A DNA stretch of 64,000 nt from Planctomycetota bacterium (GCA_045047305.1 JASFYO010000029.1:48543-112542); one strand, 5' to 3'. Positions 1-9,865 are shown, numbered from the stretch's first letter. The notes: generated by a model from the sequence alone, not told the origin. Made by a program: numbers and translations.

Positions 1-533
1 TCTTAGTATTGGATGAACAACGTGGCTGGTTTGGCGCGCCAGTGGATAGTGACTTTGAAGGTTTAAGCCGACGCACAGCCCTAGCCAAACTTCTTTGCCA
101 AGAGCCCTTTGGTGTGCGCAGTCACTCCCGCGGCAGTGCGGCCCTGTTCATGGAATCTTCTCTCGCTGAATACGCCGCTTGGCGTTTGCTAGAAACTTCT
201 GACAATCAAGCCGACGCCGATGCACTCCTTGCCAGCTGGAAGTTACACGAAAAACGTTCTGGCGCCCTACCAATGCCACTTTCGCTACTAGAAATTGGCG
301 ATCTCTACGGGCCCCGCCGCCTGCTCAGCTTTGGCCCTTTGGTCTGGCGTGCCATCGAACAGAACTGTGGCAGAGCCGCATTCGATAACATCCTAAAACA
401 GCAGCTACAAAGCCACTCTTGGTGGACTACTTCTGATTTAGAGGCAAAACTTAAAGCCGCCAACCCAAGTTTCGATTGGGATGAATTTTTCACCCAGCAT
501 GTCTACGGGCGCAATCTGCCCTCCGACGCTTAA
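1..533 (+). CDS. C-terminal part of an M1/gluzincin aminopeptidase-like protein with degenerate Zn motif (5' truncated by window edge)
   Basis: GPLVWRAIEQNCGRAAFDNILK...TTSDL...DWDEFFTQHVYG resembles the M1 peptidase helical region; AKLLCQEPFG and FMESSLAEY sit where AHELAHQWFG and WLNEGxAEY normally occur. Confidence 0.5.
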   Translation, partial: LVLDEQRGWFGAPVDSDFEGLSRRTALAKLLCQEPFGVRSHSRGSAALFMESSLAEYAAWRLLETSDNQADADALLASWKLHEKRSGALPMPLSLLEIGDLYGPRRLLSFGPLVWRAIEQNCGRAAFDNILKQQLQSHSWWTTSDLEAKLKAANPSFDWDEFFTQHVYGRNLPSDA

Positions 534-563
534 CCTCTAGTCTGCCTTCCACTCCCCCGAATC

Positions 564-1493
564 ATGCGCATTTATTACCACCGCGACTTTGATGGCATGG
601 CCTCAGCCGCCATCCTTGCGGACGCTCTCGAGCAGTCTCGCGACGAAGCTCAAGTCCGTTGGGCAGGGGTGAACTTTGACCGCACCCTAAATTGGGAAGA
701 CTTTGCCATGGGGCAAAACTTTGCCGTGGTAGATTTTCATTTCCACCCACGCGCAAAGTATTGGTTTGATCACCACCCAACCACCTTCCTCAGTGAAGAA
801 GATCAAGCCAAGTTCACTCCAGATGAGAACCGCTGCTTTGACCCAACCGCGCCTAGCTGCCCCCCCATTATCCTGAAGCATGCAATAGAACATTGGGGAT
901 ACGAGCCCCGCGCGCACTATGCAGAACTTTCCAAGTGGTCCGACATCATCGATGCCGCACGCTTTGGATCTGCCGACCAGTCCATGTTTGGGACGGAAGC
1001 CGCCATTCGAGTTAGCCGCGCACTCACTTGCGCTCCAGATTTGAGCTTCCACGACCGCGTGGTTGGCTTGATGCGCGACCGCCCTCTTTTACAGGTCGCC
1101 AATGATCCCAAAATCGATAAGTGCTATGAGCGTTCCTGCCGCAACCGCGATAATGCATTGGAGAACTTCAGCGCCAATGTGCAGATTCGATCGGCCACCG
1201 CCTTGTTCGCTGACTTACGTTCGCGCAAGATTCGCCGCGAACGTTTTGCGCCGTTCTACTTGAACCCAGAAATCAACTACGCCGTCACCTTGTTACCCAC
1301 TCGCGCGGGTGTGCATATTACGCTGGCCTCGAATCCATGGAATCGGCCGAAGAGTGATTTTCACATCGGCAATGAAATGAAAAAATATGGCGGCGGCGGC
1401 CACCAAGGCGTTGGAGGGTGCAATCCTCCGGATGAAGCCACAGCCCTGGAATGGGCTCACGATATCTACCACGCGGTCGAAAGCCTCAGCTAG
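564..1493 (+). CDS. DHH/DHHA1 family phosphoesterase (nanoRNase-like)
   Basis: Motifs YHRDFDG, VVDF, FDHH and C-terminal GGGGH. Confidence 0.85.
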   Translation: MRIYYHRDFDGMASAAILADALEQSRDEAQVRWAGVNFDRTLNWEDFAMGQNFAVVDFHFHPRAKYWFDHHPTTFLSEEDQAKFTPDENRCFDPTAPSCPPIILKHAIEHWGYEPRAHYAELSKWSDIIDAARFGSADQSMFGTEAAIRVSRALTCAPDLSFHDRVVGLMRDRPLLQVANDPKIDKCYERSCRNRDNALENFSANVQIRSATALFADLRSRKIRRERFAPFYLNPEINYAVTLLPTRAGVHITLASNPWNRPKSDFHIGNEMKKYGGGGHQGVGGCNPPDEATALEWAHDIYHAVESLS

Positions 1494-1498
1494 AGCTT

Positions 1499-2542
1499 AT
1501 GCAACCCTTGCTAGAATCGCATCCATCCGCTTGGCCGGGGATTTTCAAAGAGCTCGGCGTGCCTTCCTTTCATGGTAAGAACGCCGCGCGATGGGTGTTT
1601 CAGCGTGGTGCCGGCTCGTGGCAAGAAATGACCGACTTGCCGGCCTCTCTACGCCAAAAGCTGGAGGCCGAAATCCCTCTACTACGCGCACGTTTAATCG
1701 ACACCTCGGAAGCTAGTGATGGTGCGGTCAAAGTGCTGCTTGCAATGCCGGACGATGCCACGGTGGAAGCCGTCGGTATGCCGGGCACTGCAGGGCGAAC
1801 CTTATGCCTCAGCACTCAGGTCGGTTGCCCGGTGAAATGTCGTTTTTGCGCGAGTGGCATGGAGGGACTCAGCCGTAACCTGACTCAAGGTGAAATACTC
1901 GAACAGGTGTTGTGGCTAAGGCGCGCACAGGGTGATTTTCAGCGCATTGTGGTTATGGGCATGGGAGAGGCTGGGTTTAACCTCGACGCCGTCCTGGGTG
2001 CTCTCGATGTCCTCCTCGACGACACTGGCTTCGGCCTCTCTGCCCGCCGCATTACCCTCAGCACGGTCGGACCCAAAGACACTCTCCCGCGCATTGCCGC
2101 ATGGGGCCGCCCGGTAAATCTTGCGCTCTCACTTCATGCCCCCGACGACGAGCTTCGTCATCAATTGGTACCTGGAGTCGCCAAACGCAGCATCGATGAG
2201 ACTCTGGCCGAAGCCGATGCCCTATTCGTGGCGCATGGGCGTGAATATACGGTGGAATATGTGCTCTTGGCGGGCGTGAATGACTCCCCTGAACAGGCCG
2301 AAGCCCTGGCCTCTTTGTTATACCAAAGACGTTGTCACGTAAATCTAATCCCCTTTAACCCAGTGGCGGAACTGTCTTACGACCGTCCCGCCCCATTGGT
2401 GCAGGAAGACTTCGCGAAACGGCTACGAGCAAGGGGTCTATCCGTTACCTTAAGACGGAGTCTTGGACGGGAATCGGACGCCGCTTGTGGTCAGCTTCGG
2501 CGTCGCAGGTTGCCCTCCCCAGACCTCTCGACCGAAGTCTAA
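1499..2542 (+). CDS. rlmN: 23S rRNA (adenine2503-C2)-methyltransferase, radical SAM
   Basis: CLSTQVGCPVKCRFC (CxxxCxxC), MGMGE, SLHAP, NLIPFN, AACGQL; ATG 1499 chosen to avoid overlap with the upstream gene. Confidence 0.92.
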   Translation: MQPLLESHPSAWPGIFKELGVPSFHGKNAARWVFQRGAGSWQEMTDLPASLRQKLEAEIPLLRARLIDTSEASDGAVKVLLAMPDDATVEAVGMPGTAGRTLCLSTQVGCPVKCRFCASGMEGLSRNLTQGEILEQVLWLRRAQGDFQRIVVMGMGEAGFNLDAVLGALDVLLDDTGFGLSARRITLSTVGPKDTLPRIAAWGRPVNLALSLHAPDDELRHQLVPGVAKRSIDETLAEADALFVAHGREYTVEYVLLAGVNDSPEQAEALASLLYQRRCHVNLIPFNPVAELSYDRPAPLVQEDFAKRLRARGLSVTLRRSLGRESDAACGQLRRRRLPSPDLSTEV

Positions 2543-2551
2543 TCAAACCCG

Positions 2552-5500
2552 ATGCGTTTTCTCCTACTGCTTGCCTGCCTGACTCTCCTCCCCGCTAGCG
2601 GTGGTGGTGAAAACCCCTTCCTGGAAAAGCAGCTTGCAACCGCCACGCGTTTGCTCGAAGCAGGCAAGGTCGCCGAAGCCAGAGTGCAAATCGAACGAGC
2701 GCTGGAACGCGATGACCAACATCTAGGTGCCCTTCGCTTATGGGCTAGCGTTTGCGCCAAGGCTGGCGACAAAGACACCGCAGCTTATGCATTACATTCT
2801 TGGCTCGAAGTGGTGCGCGCCGCAGAAACACCATCCGTTAAGAGAAAAGTAATCAAGGAAGTCGAAGCGGATTTGCTTCTGATTGATACCGAGGCTAAAA
2901 GTTTTCGCAAGTTGACTGATTTATACATCAAGGAGTTATTGAAACTAGAGAAGGAGCATGTCAAAAGGGGACGTTTCCATTCCGCGCTTGCGATCCTCGA
3001 TGAAGTGCTGCACATCGATCCACGGAATGCAGAAGGCTTACGTTTATATAAGGCCATTCAACGCGAAGGCGGATCCGATATCGCGACAGAAGATATTTAC
3101 GCCGGCACCGACCCGAGCGCAGGCGTCGACCCGGAATGGATCGCCGAAGAAAATGCCAAGCATTCTGATTGGAAGAATGCATGGCGTAAAGAAACTGAGT
3201 ATTACCGCATTCGCACCAACGCCGGTTATATGGTGTTGCAAACTGCCGGCATCGCGATGGACCAAATGAGTTTGGCCTACCGCAGATTCTTCCACTACAA
3301 AGAAGACGGTGGATCCGTCCCGAAAATCGATGTCTTGGTATTCAAGAACCGAGATGAATATCTAACCCTCGGAAGTAGCCCGGTAGAGTGGTCCGCAGGT
3401 CAATTTACAGGAAGTGCGGTGGAGACTTACATCGGCGATGCGGAAGGTTCCGACGGGATTCGTGGCATGTACAGCACTCTGTTTCACGAAGCAGCGCACC
3501 AATATGTTTCTCTCACAGGAAAAGGCGGCGTACCTGGTTGGCTCAACGAAGCTTATGCCTCCTTCTTTGAAGGCACCACCATTCTGTCTAATGGAACTGT
3601 AAGGTGGAACCGAGTCAACAATGGTCGTTTGTTTGCTTTGGCCCCGCGCCTAGAAGCTGGATGGATGAAAGATTATAACGACGGCATCCGCGACAACGAA
3701 GGTGGATGGGGCACTCCAACCAAGGCGCCAAGTTTGCGCATCTTGATTGAGAACCGCTACGAATGGGGTCCACCATGGTATGCGCCGACTTGGGGGGTGG
3801 TGTACTTCCTCTACAATTACCGCGATCCAGAAACCGGTATTCCGGTGCTACGCGCACCCTTGCACGAATACTATTTGTCTGGAGCAGGCAGTGTAGGCCC
3901 CAGTCGCCGCATTGAACACTTTGAGGAAATTGTTTTATCCGGTGAAAAGTCGCCGGTGAAGACGGTCGACGAACTCACTGAGATTTGGGCAGAATGGTTG
4001 TTAGAGTTGCGCGATCGCCAGCTCGGCAAAGGCGATGCAGAAGCAGACTTGTTGCATTACGCAGACTTGGCCATCGAACGCAACGATATCGAACTCGCTC
4101 TTTCGCTGCTAGAAGAAGCCATGCTTTACGCACCGGATAACCCTGAAACGCAATGGAGTCTTGCCAACGTACTCGAGGAGAAAAAGCTGTATGACCGCGC
4201 AAGTTCGATGTACCGAACCTTTGCTTCCGAATTAGAGTTACGCGGCTTGGCGGGAGAAGATTCACGTTATGAGCGTGCGCGCAAATTAATGGAAGAACTG
4301 GACCCCTTGTTCCAAAAGCACAAAAAGCTAAAATTCCAACTTGAAACCGACGGCTTGAAACTCGCGCGATCCTATCGTCAACGTAAAATGCCACGTATGG
4401 CGATGGAAATCGCTAGGCGAATGTCGGCCAGCTGGTCGATGCCAGAAGCACTCGCCTTTTATACCGAAGTAGCCATGGAAAGTGGTATCAGTTTGGCGCG
4501 TTGGAGAATCGCCTATAACGAGCTCACACTCGACGGATGGCAACCCAATAAGTATTACCGTGCATACGGCAAGATTGTCGACGTCCTGGTCGTCGATGAC
4601 CCGCTCATCAAAACGCCACCAGGTTCCTTCCAAACCCAAGAGCTCTCCGCCGACGTTTCCTTCGATGCCGACTACTCCATCGAAACTGAATTTCGCTTCG
4701 GGAAGGACCCTAGTTTCATGGGGCTTTGTTTCGGCCGCAAAGATGGTCGCAACACACACGCCGTCGGCCTTTATCCCAAGGGTGCGCTCGACGTCGCGAC
4801 CAAGGCTGGCGGCAATTGGACTACGCGCGATCACCAACAGCTTTCCATCGCACCCGGCTGGCACAAACTCAAAATCGATGTTGTAACCCAAACCGGCGCC
4901 AATGCCGTAGTCGACATTTACTTCGATGACAAGTATCTACGCAGCGTTGAAATGCCGCGCGATAGTGTGCGTGGAAGTTTTGGCCTCATCACTGGAACCG
5001 GAGACGGACACTTCCGCAACATCCGCATTTTGGAGCGCGACCCCCACGATCCAGCGGCCCGCATTGAACGTGAAATCGCACTGAAGGAACGCTTAAGTGA
5101 TCCTTCCAGCCGAGCCCCTGGCGTATTCCAGGGCGTGAAACCACCGGACTTCAGCAAGATGCACGGCAAATGGCTGCAGGGCGAAGCTATGACTCTACTC
5201 GACAATTACGGGCATCCATCGGTCATCGCATTCTGGACCCCCCATCAAGACGAACTGATACCAACCACCGATTACTATGATTGGTTAGTCGGTAAATGGA
5301 AGGAATTCGGACTCGAGGTCGTGGTGGTCGTCACCAATTCGCACACCGAGAAAGCAGTGCTGGATTGGCTCAAGGAGCATCCGATGGAACATGTCCGCGT
5401 TCTCTATGACCAACGGTTTTTGATTTACCCGGCCTACAACGTGGGCCAGGGTGGCTGGGAAATCCCCCGATTGCTGCTAATCGATGTCGATGGCACAGTC

Positions 5501-6172
5501 GCCTGGGAAGGCGACCCAAACCTTCGTCTGGATGTTGGCTGGGATTTAATGGAGCCAGAAATCACCCCCCTCGACCAATCCATCGAGGCCTTAGTCAACA
5601 AGCGCCAACTACGTGAGCTTGAAAAATTGGGGCCCAGCTACGATGCAGCACTTAGCTTGTTCGAGAAGGGAGACTTGAAATTAGCCCTGAATAAGCTCAC
5701 CCCGCTTGCCAATCTCAAGGCCGGCTTCGACATTCGAGTGCAAGATGCACGCGCCTTACGCGATGCGATTGAAGGTATCGGCGCCGAACTTCCTTTAGCT
5801 GCAGAAGCTGCCGAAGAAGAAGGGCGTCCATTGTTTGCGTTTGCCTTACTCTCTCGCGCGATCGACGAATTCCCTAAAACCGGAATCGCAGACCTCTCCA
5901 CATCTAGGCGACGCAAGCTGGAACGTACCACGCAGTACCGTAAGGCCACCAAGGCATGGAAGTCTCTAGAGTCGGCGGCCAAAGATGCTGGGCGTGGCCG
6001 TGATCAAGCGCAGATCATGGCGAACCTCGACAAGGCCTTAGCTGCCAGTGATTGTGCAGAGGTCCAAGAAGCAGCCGCCAACATGAGAGACGTCCTACTG
6101 CAAAGCGGCGCAAGCGCTGTTGCTGCAGTATGGGAAAAAGTCCAGCCCCAAACTTTGGGACTGGACTTCTAA
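2552..6172 (+). CDS. Large secreted multidomain protein: TPRs, zincin metallopeptidase-like domain, beta-sandwich, thioredoxin-like domain
   Basis: Signal peptide MRFLLLLACLTLLPASG; HEAAHQY...WLNEAYA gluzincin motif; TPR-like helices; WHKLKIDV...GSFGL..GDGHFRNIRI (DUF1080-like); VIAFWTPH...IPRLLLIDVDGTVAW (Trx fold without CxxC). Confidence 0.7.
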   Translation: MRFLLLLACLTLLPASGGGENPFLEKQLATATRLLEAGKVAEARVQIERALERDDQHLGALRLWASVCAKAGDKDTAAYALHSWLEVVRAAETPSVKRKVIKEVEADLLLIDTEAKSFRKLTDLYIKELLKLEKEHVKRGRFHSALAILDEVLHIDPRNAEGLRLYKAIQREGGSDIATEDIYAGTDPSAGVDPEWIAEENAKHSDWKNAWRKETEYYRIRTNAGYMVLQTAGIAMDQMSLAYRRFFHYKEDGGSVPKIDVLVFKNRDEYLTLGSSPVEWSAGQFTGSAVETYIGDAEGSDGIRGMYSTLFHEAAHQYVSLTGKGGVPGWLNEAYASFFEGTTILSNGTVRWNRVNNGRLFALAPRLEAGWMKDYNDGIRDNEGGWGTPTKAPSLRILIENRYEWGPPWYAPTWGVVYFLYNYRDPETGIPVLRAPLHEYYLSGAGSVGPSRRIEHFEEIVLSGEKSPVKTVDELTEIWAEWLLELRDRQLGKGDAEADLLHYADLAIERNDIELALSLLEEAMLYAPDNPETQWSLANVLEEKKLYDRASSMYRTFASELELRGLAGEDSRYERARKLMEELDPLFQKHKKLKFQLETDGLKLARSYRQRKMPRMAMEIARRMSASWSMPEALAFYTEVAMESGISLARWRIAYNELTLDGWQPNKYYRAYGKIVDVLVVDDPLIKTPPGSFQTQELSADVSFDADYSIETEFRFGKDPSFMGLCFGRKDGRNTHAVGLYPKGALDVATKAGGNWTTRDHQQLSIAPGWHKLKIDVVTQTGANAVVDIYFDDKYLRSVEMPRDSVRGSFGLITGTGDGHFRNIRILERDPHDPAARIEREIALKERLSDPSSRAPGVFQGVKPPDFSKMHGKWLQGEAMTLLDNYGHPSVIAFWTPHQDELIPTTDYYDWLVGKWKEFGLEVVVVVTNSHTEKAVLDWLKEHPMEHVRVLYDQRFLIYPAYNVGQGGWEIPRLLLIDVDGTVAWEGDPNLRLDVGWDLMEPEITPLDQSIEALVNKRQLRELEKLGPSYDAALSLFEKGDLKLALNKLTPLANLKAGFDIRVQDARALRDAIEGIGAELPLAAEAAEEEGRPLFAFALLSRAIDEFPKTGIADLSTSRRRKLERTTQYRKATKAWKSLESAAKDAGRGRDQAQIMANLDKALAASDCAEVQEAAANMRDVLLQSGASAVAAVWEKVQPQTLGLDF

Positions 6173-6208
6173 GAGCTTCGCCGTGGCGAATCTAAACTTG
6201 GCCTTGGT

Positions 6209-7543
6209 TTAAAGCACCTTCAAGGATTGCTCAGTCAAAACGAGCACCTTGTCGACATCTCCACTGGTGATAGCCAGATGTGGGCGGAAACGAATGGTGC
6301 GCTCGCCACTGCCGAGCCCAAGAAGACCATTGTCGAACATTTCGCTCAACATTTTATCGCGAGCATCGCCGCTAGGAAGGTCAAAGGCCATCAGTAATCC
6401 AACACCACGGACGTTCTCGACCATGTCAAAGGATTCAGCCATTTTGCGCATGTTGTCCAACCAGTATGCACCTTGGTTCGCGGCGTTGTCGCACAAGTTC
6501 TCGTCACGAATGACTTCCAGAACTTTGGTGGCGCGCACCATATCAACCAAGTTGCCACCCCAAGTGGAGTTGATGCGACTCGACTTCTCGAAACAGTTAT
6601 CTGGCACTTCATCCACCTTTGGACCCGCCATGATGCCACACTGCTGTGCCTTCTTGCCGAAGCAGAAGATGTCTGGAGTGATACCGTAATGCTGGAACAT
6701 CCATGGCTTGCCGCTCCCGAAGTAACCGGTTTGCACTTCATCCAAAATGAACAAGCAATCATACTTTTCACAGCGTGCCTGTAGACCTTGCAGGAACTCG
6801 GCGCGGAAGTGACGATCGCCACCCTCACATTGCATAGTTTCAATCAAGATCGCAGCGATATCGTCTCCATGCTTATCAAAGCATGCATCAATTACTGCAA
6901 AACAATCCTCTTCGGCTGCAATATGCTCGCGTAGGCCATCGCCTTCCAGCGGGAAAGTGACTGCAGGTGCAAGCACACGTGGCCAATCCTCAAACTTTGG
7001 AAAGTAATCAACCTTGTCTGGCAGAGTGTTGGTCAGCGACAAGGTGTATCCAGAGCGACCGTGGAATGCTTTTTCAAAGTGCAGGATTTTGGTGCCTACA
7101 TCAGCATCGACGCCCTTGGCACGATTGCGGCGTACCTTCCAGTCGAAGGCAACCTTCATTGCGTTTTCAACAGCAAGCGCTCCGCCATCGATGAAGAACA
7201 TGTGCTTAAAGCCTTCGGGAGCTGCAACCTCACCCATCCGGGTGACGAAATCGGCCATCTCGGTGGTGTAAAGATCAGAGTTCGCTGGGCGATTGGCGAT
7301 CACGTAATCCAAGCTACGCAACCAAGCCTGATCCATCAAAGCTGGATGATTCCAACCGATTGGAGTGGAGCCAAAACAGCCGAAGAAGTCGACAAAGGTT
7401 TTGCCACTGCGAGAATCATGCAGTTCAGCGCCCAGGGACTTCTCGAAATCGAGAACGAGTGGGTAGCCGTCGGCCAGAATCCAGCGGCCGAGAGTCTCGT
7501 GAACCTGCTGGGGATCGGTATGAGTTTGTGTGGATGTGGTCAT
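6209..7543 (-). CDS. lat: L-lysine 6-aminotransferase (class III PLP aminotransferase)
   Basis: FFIDGGALAVENAMKVAFDWK, AFHGRSGYTLSLTNT, DEVQTG, FGKKAQ, RINSTWGGNLVDM. Confidence 0.9.
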   Translation of the reverse strand: MTTSTQTHTDPQQVHETLGRWILADGYPLVLDFEKSLGAELHDSRSGKTFVDFFGCFGSTPIGWNHPALMDQAWLRSLDYVIANRPANSDLYTTEMADFVTRMGEVAAPEGFKHMFFIDGGALAVENAMKVAFDWKVRRNRAKGVDADVGTKILHFEKAFHGRSGYTLSLTNTLPDKVDYFPKFEDWPRVLAPAVTFPLEGDGLREHIAAEEDCFAVIDACFDKHGDDIAAILIETMQCEGGDRHFRAEFLQGLQARCEKYDCLFILDEVQTGYFGSGKPWMFQHYGITPDIFCFGKKAQQCGIMAGPKVDEVPDNCFEKSSRINSTWGGNLVDMVRATKVLEVIRDENLCDNAANQGAYWLDNMRKMAESFDMVENVRGVGLLMAFDLPSGDARDKMLSEMFDNGLLGLGSGERTIRFRPHLAITSGDVDKVLVLTEQSLKVL

Positions 7544-7564
7544 TTCTAAGCAGCTAAGGGAAAT

Positions 7565-8047
7565 TTAATTCGTTCCGCCCAGCGCAGGGATGGTGCGGCA
7601 AAAATCGAGGAACAAATCTTCGTCGGCAGCATTTTCTTCCAAAGTGCCGACCATGAGCATAGGTGCTGCGCGCCCAAGGCTCGCAAGCATTTGCCGATTG
7701 AGTTTGAGATTGGCAACCAGAGCCGGGTGTCCATCTTCGCCACCAACAATCAAACTGGCGCCGGCATCGGCAATCCGATGTACGGCGGAAGCGAGCTCAC
7801 CGAGGGAGCACTCCTCCTGCAGCGGAAGTTTCGAAATCCGCGAGCGAAGAGCAGAAAGGAAGGCTGTGTTACGTACTTCAGGCACCAAAACTAAGCTGAT
7901 CACTGGACGCGCGAGCCATGTCTCCATAAGAGCTTCCGCCGCCTGCGCGACCGGAGCTTCGGCGGCGAGGCAGAACACCTTTTCCCCAGAAGCTTGCAAG
8001 GGGGATTCCTGCACAGCCTGGTCGGAAGTAAGGTTAAGGGTATTCAT
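7565..8047 (-). CDS. Hypothetical protein resembling a degenerate aldehyde-dehydrogenase catalytic domain
   Basis: 160-aa ORF ending 21 nt before the lat start; segments recall ALDH motifs but the catalytic Cys loop is absent. Confidence 0.45.
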   Translation of the reverse strand: MNTLNLTSDQAVQESPLQASGEKVFCLAAEAPVAQAAEALMETWLARPVISLVLVPEVRNTAFLSALRSRISKLPLQEECSLGELASAVHRIADAGASLIVGGEDGHPALVANLKLNRQMLASLGRAAPMLMVGTLEENAADEDLFLDFCRTIPALGGTN

Positions 8048-8480
8048 GTCAGAGGAGACCTCTCAAGCAGCGCAGTCAGGAAGGTGGGATGCCGAAGAAG
8101 CATCGTCTGCTCGCCTGAGTTTGCCACGTATCAGCAGCCTAAGAAAGAAGCGTGACTACGCGAGAGTCTACGCCGAGGGCAAACGCGCCCGGGGACGGCT
8201 CATTCTAGTCGTTGCGGCTCCAGGATTGAACCCCCTGTCTGCGCGTATGGGACTTTCCGTGGGGCGCAAATTCAATCCCTCGGCGGTGGTGCGCAATCGA
8301 GCACGCCGAGTTTTACGTGATGCATTCCGTCTGCAGCGACGCCAATTGCCCCACCTGGACCTCATTCTCATCCCTACAGCTCGTGGCGCGGAGTACAAAA
8401 CCAATGAGGTTGAGGCCGAGTTACGTCGCCTGAGTAAAAAAATTGCCCGCTGGTTCGAAGAGGACCAGGCCAAAACTTAG
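8046..8480 (+). CDS. rnpA: Ribonuclease P protein component
   Basis: SLRKKRDYARVY, RMGLSVGRK, AVVRNRARRVLRDAFR (RNR motif); start uncertain (ATG 8046 or TTG 8121). Confidence 0.88.
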   Translation: MSEETSQAAQSGRWDAEEASSARLSLPRISSLRKKRDYARVYAEGKRARGRLILVVAAPGLNPLSARMGLSVGRKFNPSAVVRNRARRVLRDAFRLQRRQLPHLDLILIPTARGAEYKTNEVEAELRRLSKKIARWFEEDQAKT

Positions 8481-8482
8481 AC

Positions 8483-8713
8483 ATGCGCTACCTCTTTATG
8501 GGGCTTATTAAAGCCTATCGCTTCCTTTTGAGTCCGCTTCTGGGCGCCGACAAGTGCAGGTTTACTCCAAGCTGTTCAGAATACGGACTAGAAGCTCTGC
8601 AAATACATGGAAGCATCAAGGGCCTCGGCCTTACAATCTGGAGAATTCTCCGCTGCCAGCCCCTCTGTCGCGGCGGATTTGACCCGGTTCCCCTTCGAAA
8701 ACCGAAGCCATGA
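8483..8713 (+). CDS. yidD: Membrane protein insertion efficiency factor
   Basis: LSPLLG..CRFTPSCSEY.LEAL..HG..KG..L.IWRILRCQP...GGFDPVP. Confidence 0.93.
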   Translation: MRYLFMGLIKAYRFLLSPLLGADKCRFTPSCSEYGLEALQIHGSIKGLGLTIWRILRCQPLCRGGFDPVPLRKPKP

Positions 8714-9810
8714 TTCTCGGATTCACACTTTCTCTCCTTCTTCAGCATCCGCACGCCCAACCAGGCCCGGAAATCCAACCTCTTCCAGCCAAGCAAGACA
8801 TTGCGATTCCAATGCGAGAAGACTTGCGCTACGACGGCGAGGTTCATTTCGGTGCCATGCGCCGCTTGACCACCTTGGGCGAAAATGCAGAGGGCTACTT
8901 CAGCAATGGCGGACGTCATATCACCTACCAAGCCACATTCGGCGGACGTGATTGTGACCAAATTTTTGAACTGGATTTACTCAGTGGCGCGCGTCGCTTG
9001 ATCAGCACTGGAACTGGAAGAACAACTTGCAGTTTTTACATGCCCGGAGACCGGCGTATTTTGTTTGCCAGCACGCATGCATCAGCAGACGACTGCTTAC
9101 CGCCAGCTGACTTTTCACGCGGTTATGTGTGGAAGATTTATCCGCAGTACGAATTGTACATTCGCGATCTGGATACCTGGGAACTAAAGCCATTGGCCCC
9201 CGCTCCGGGCTACGATGCGGAAGCCGTAGTCAGTCCAGACGGAGAGAAGATCGTTTTCACTTCGCGACGCAATGGTGATCTTGATATTTACATCATGAAT
9301 ATTGACGGTTCAGACATAACTCAACTCACTGACCGTTTGGGTTATGACGGCGGCCCCTTCTTCTCACCGGATTCCAAACGTTTGGTTTACCGTTCCTACT
9401 ACCCAGAAGATGAAGAAGCCAAAGCCAAGTATCAGGCCTTACTCGACGACAATTCCATTGAACCGATGGCTTTGCAGCTTTGGGTCATGGATATCGACGG
9501 AAGCAATAAGCGCCAGATTACGGACAACGGAGCCGCAAACTTCGGACCGTACTGGCATCCAGACAATAAGCACATCATTTACTGCTCGAACCAAGCATCG
9601 GAAAGTGGTCGTGATTTTGACATTTTCCTGACCGACGATGAAGGTAAAACGGATGAACGCATCACCTACGGCCCAACCTTTGATGGCTTCCCGATGTTCT
9701 CTGAAGATGGCCGTCAGCTGATTTTCGCGAGTAACCGCGCCAACGCGAAACGCGGAGACACCAACCTGTTCTTGGTGGAGTGGCTGCCAGACGCCCGTCC
9801 GGTGGAATAA
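8710..9810 (+). CDS. TolB-like beta-propeller (PD40 repeat) secreted protein
   Basis: Repeats EAVVSPDGEKIVFTS, GPFFSPDSKRLVY, GPYWHPDNKHIIY, FPMFSEDGRQLIFAS; N-terminal hydrophobic segment. Confidence 0.85.
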   Translation: MILGFTLSLLLQHPHAQPGPEIQPLPAKQDIAIPMREDLRYDGEVHFGAMRRLTTLGENAEGYFSNGGRHITYQATFGGRDCDQIFELDLLSGARRLISTGTGRTTCSFYMPGDRRILFASTHASADDCLPPADFSRGYVWKIYPQYELYIRDLDTWELKPLAPAPGYDAEAVVSPDGEKIVFTSRRNGDLDIYIMNIDGSDITQLTDRLGYDGGPFFSPDSKRLVYRSYYPEDEEAKAKYQALLDDNSIEPMALQLWVMDIDGSNKRQITDNGAANFGPYWHPDNKHIIYCSNQASESGRDFDIFLTDDEGKTDERITYGPTFDGFPMFSEDGRQLIFASNRANAKRGDTNLFLVEWLPDARPVE

Positions 9811-9834
9811 GCAAACCCAACCGCAATTCCTTTC

Positions 9835-9865
9835 AAGGTCAGACTCGTTTCGAGTCTGACCTTTT
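9835..9865. terminator. Intrinsic terminator between convergent genes
   Basis: 13-bp perfect inverted repeat AAGGTCAGACTCG-TTT-CGAGTCTGACCTT followed by TT. Confidence 0.75.

Noticed and set aside
6176..6192. Hairpin TTCGCCGTGGCGAA between convergent genes
   Set aside because: Short stem without a U-tract; too weak to call a terminator
7590..8045. Apparent 296-aa RnpA fusion
   Set aside because: The upstream part is the antisense shadow of the 7565-8047 ORF; RnpA motifs begin only after about 8120
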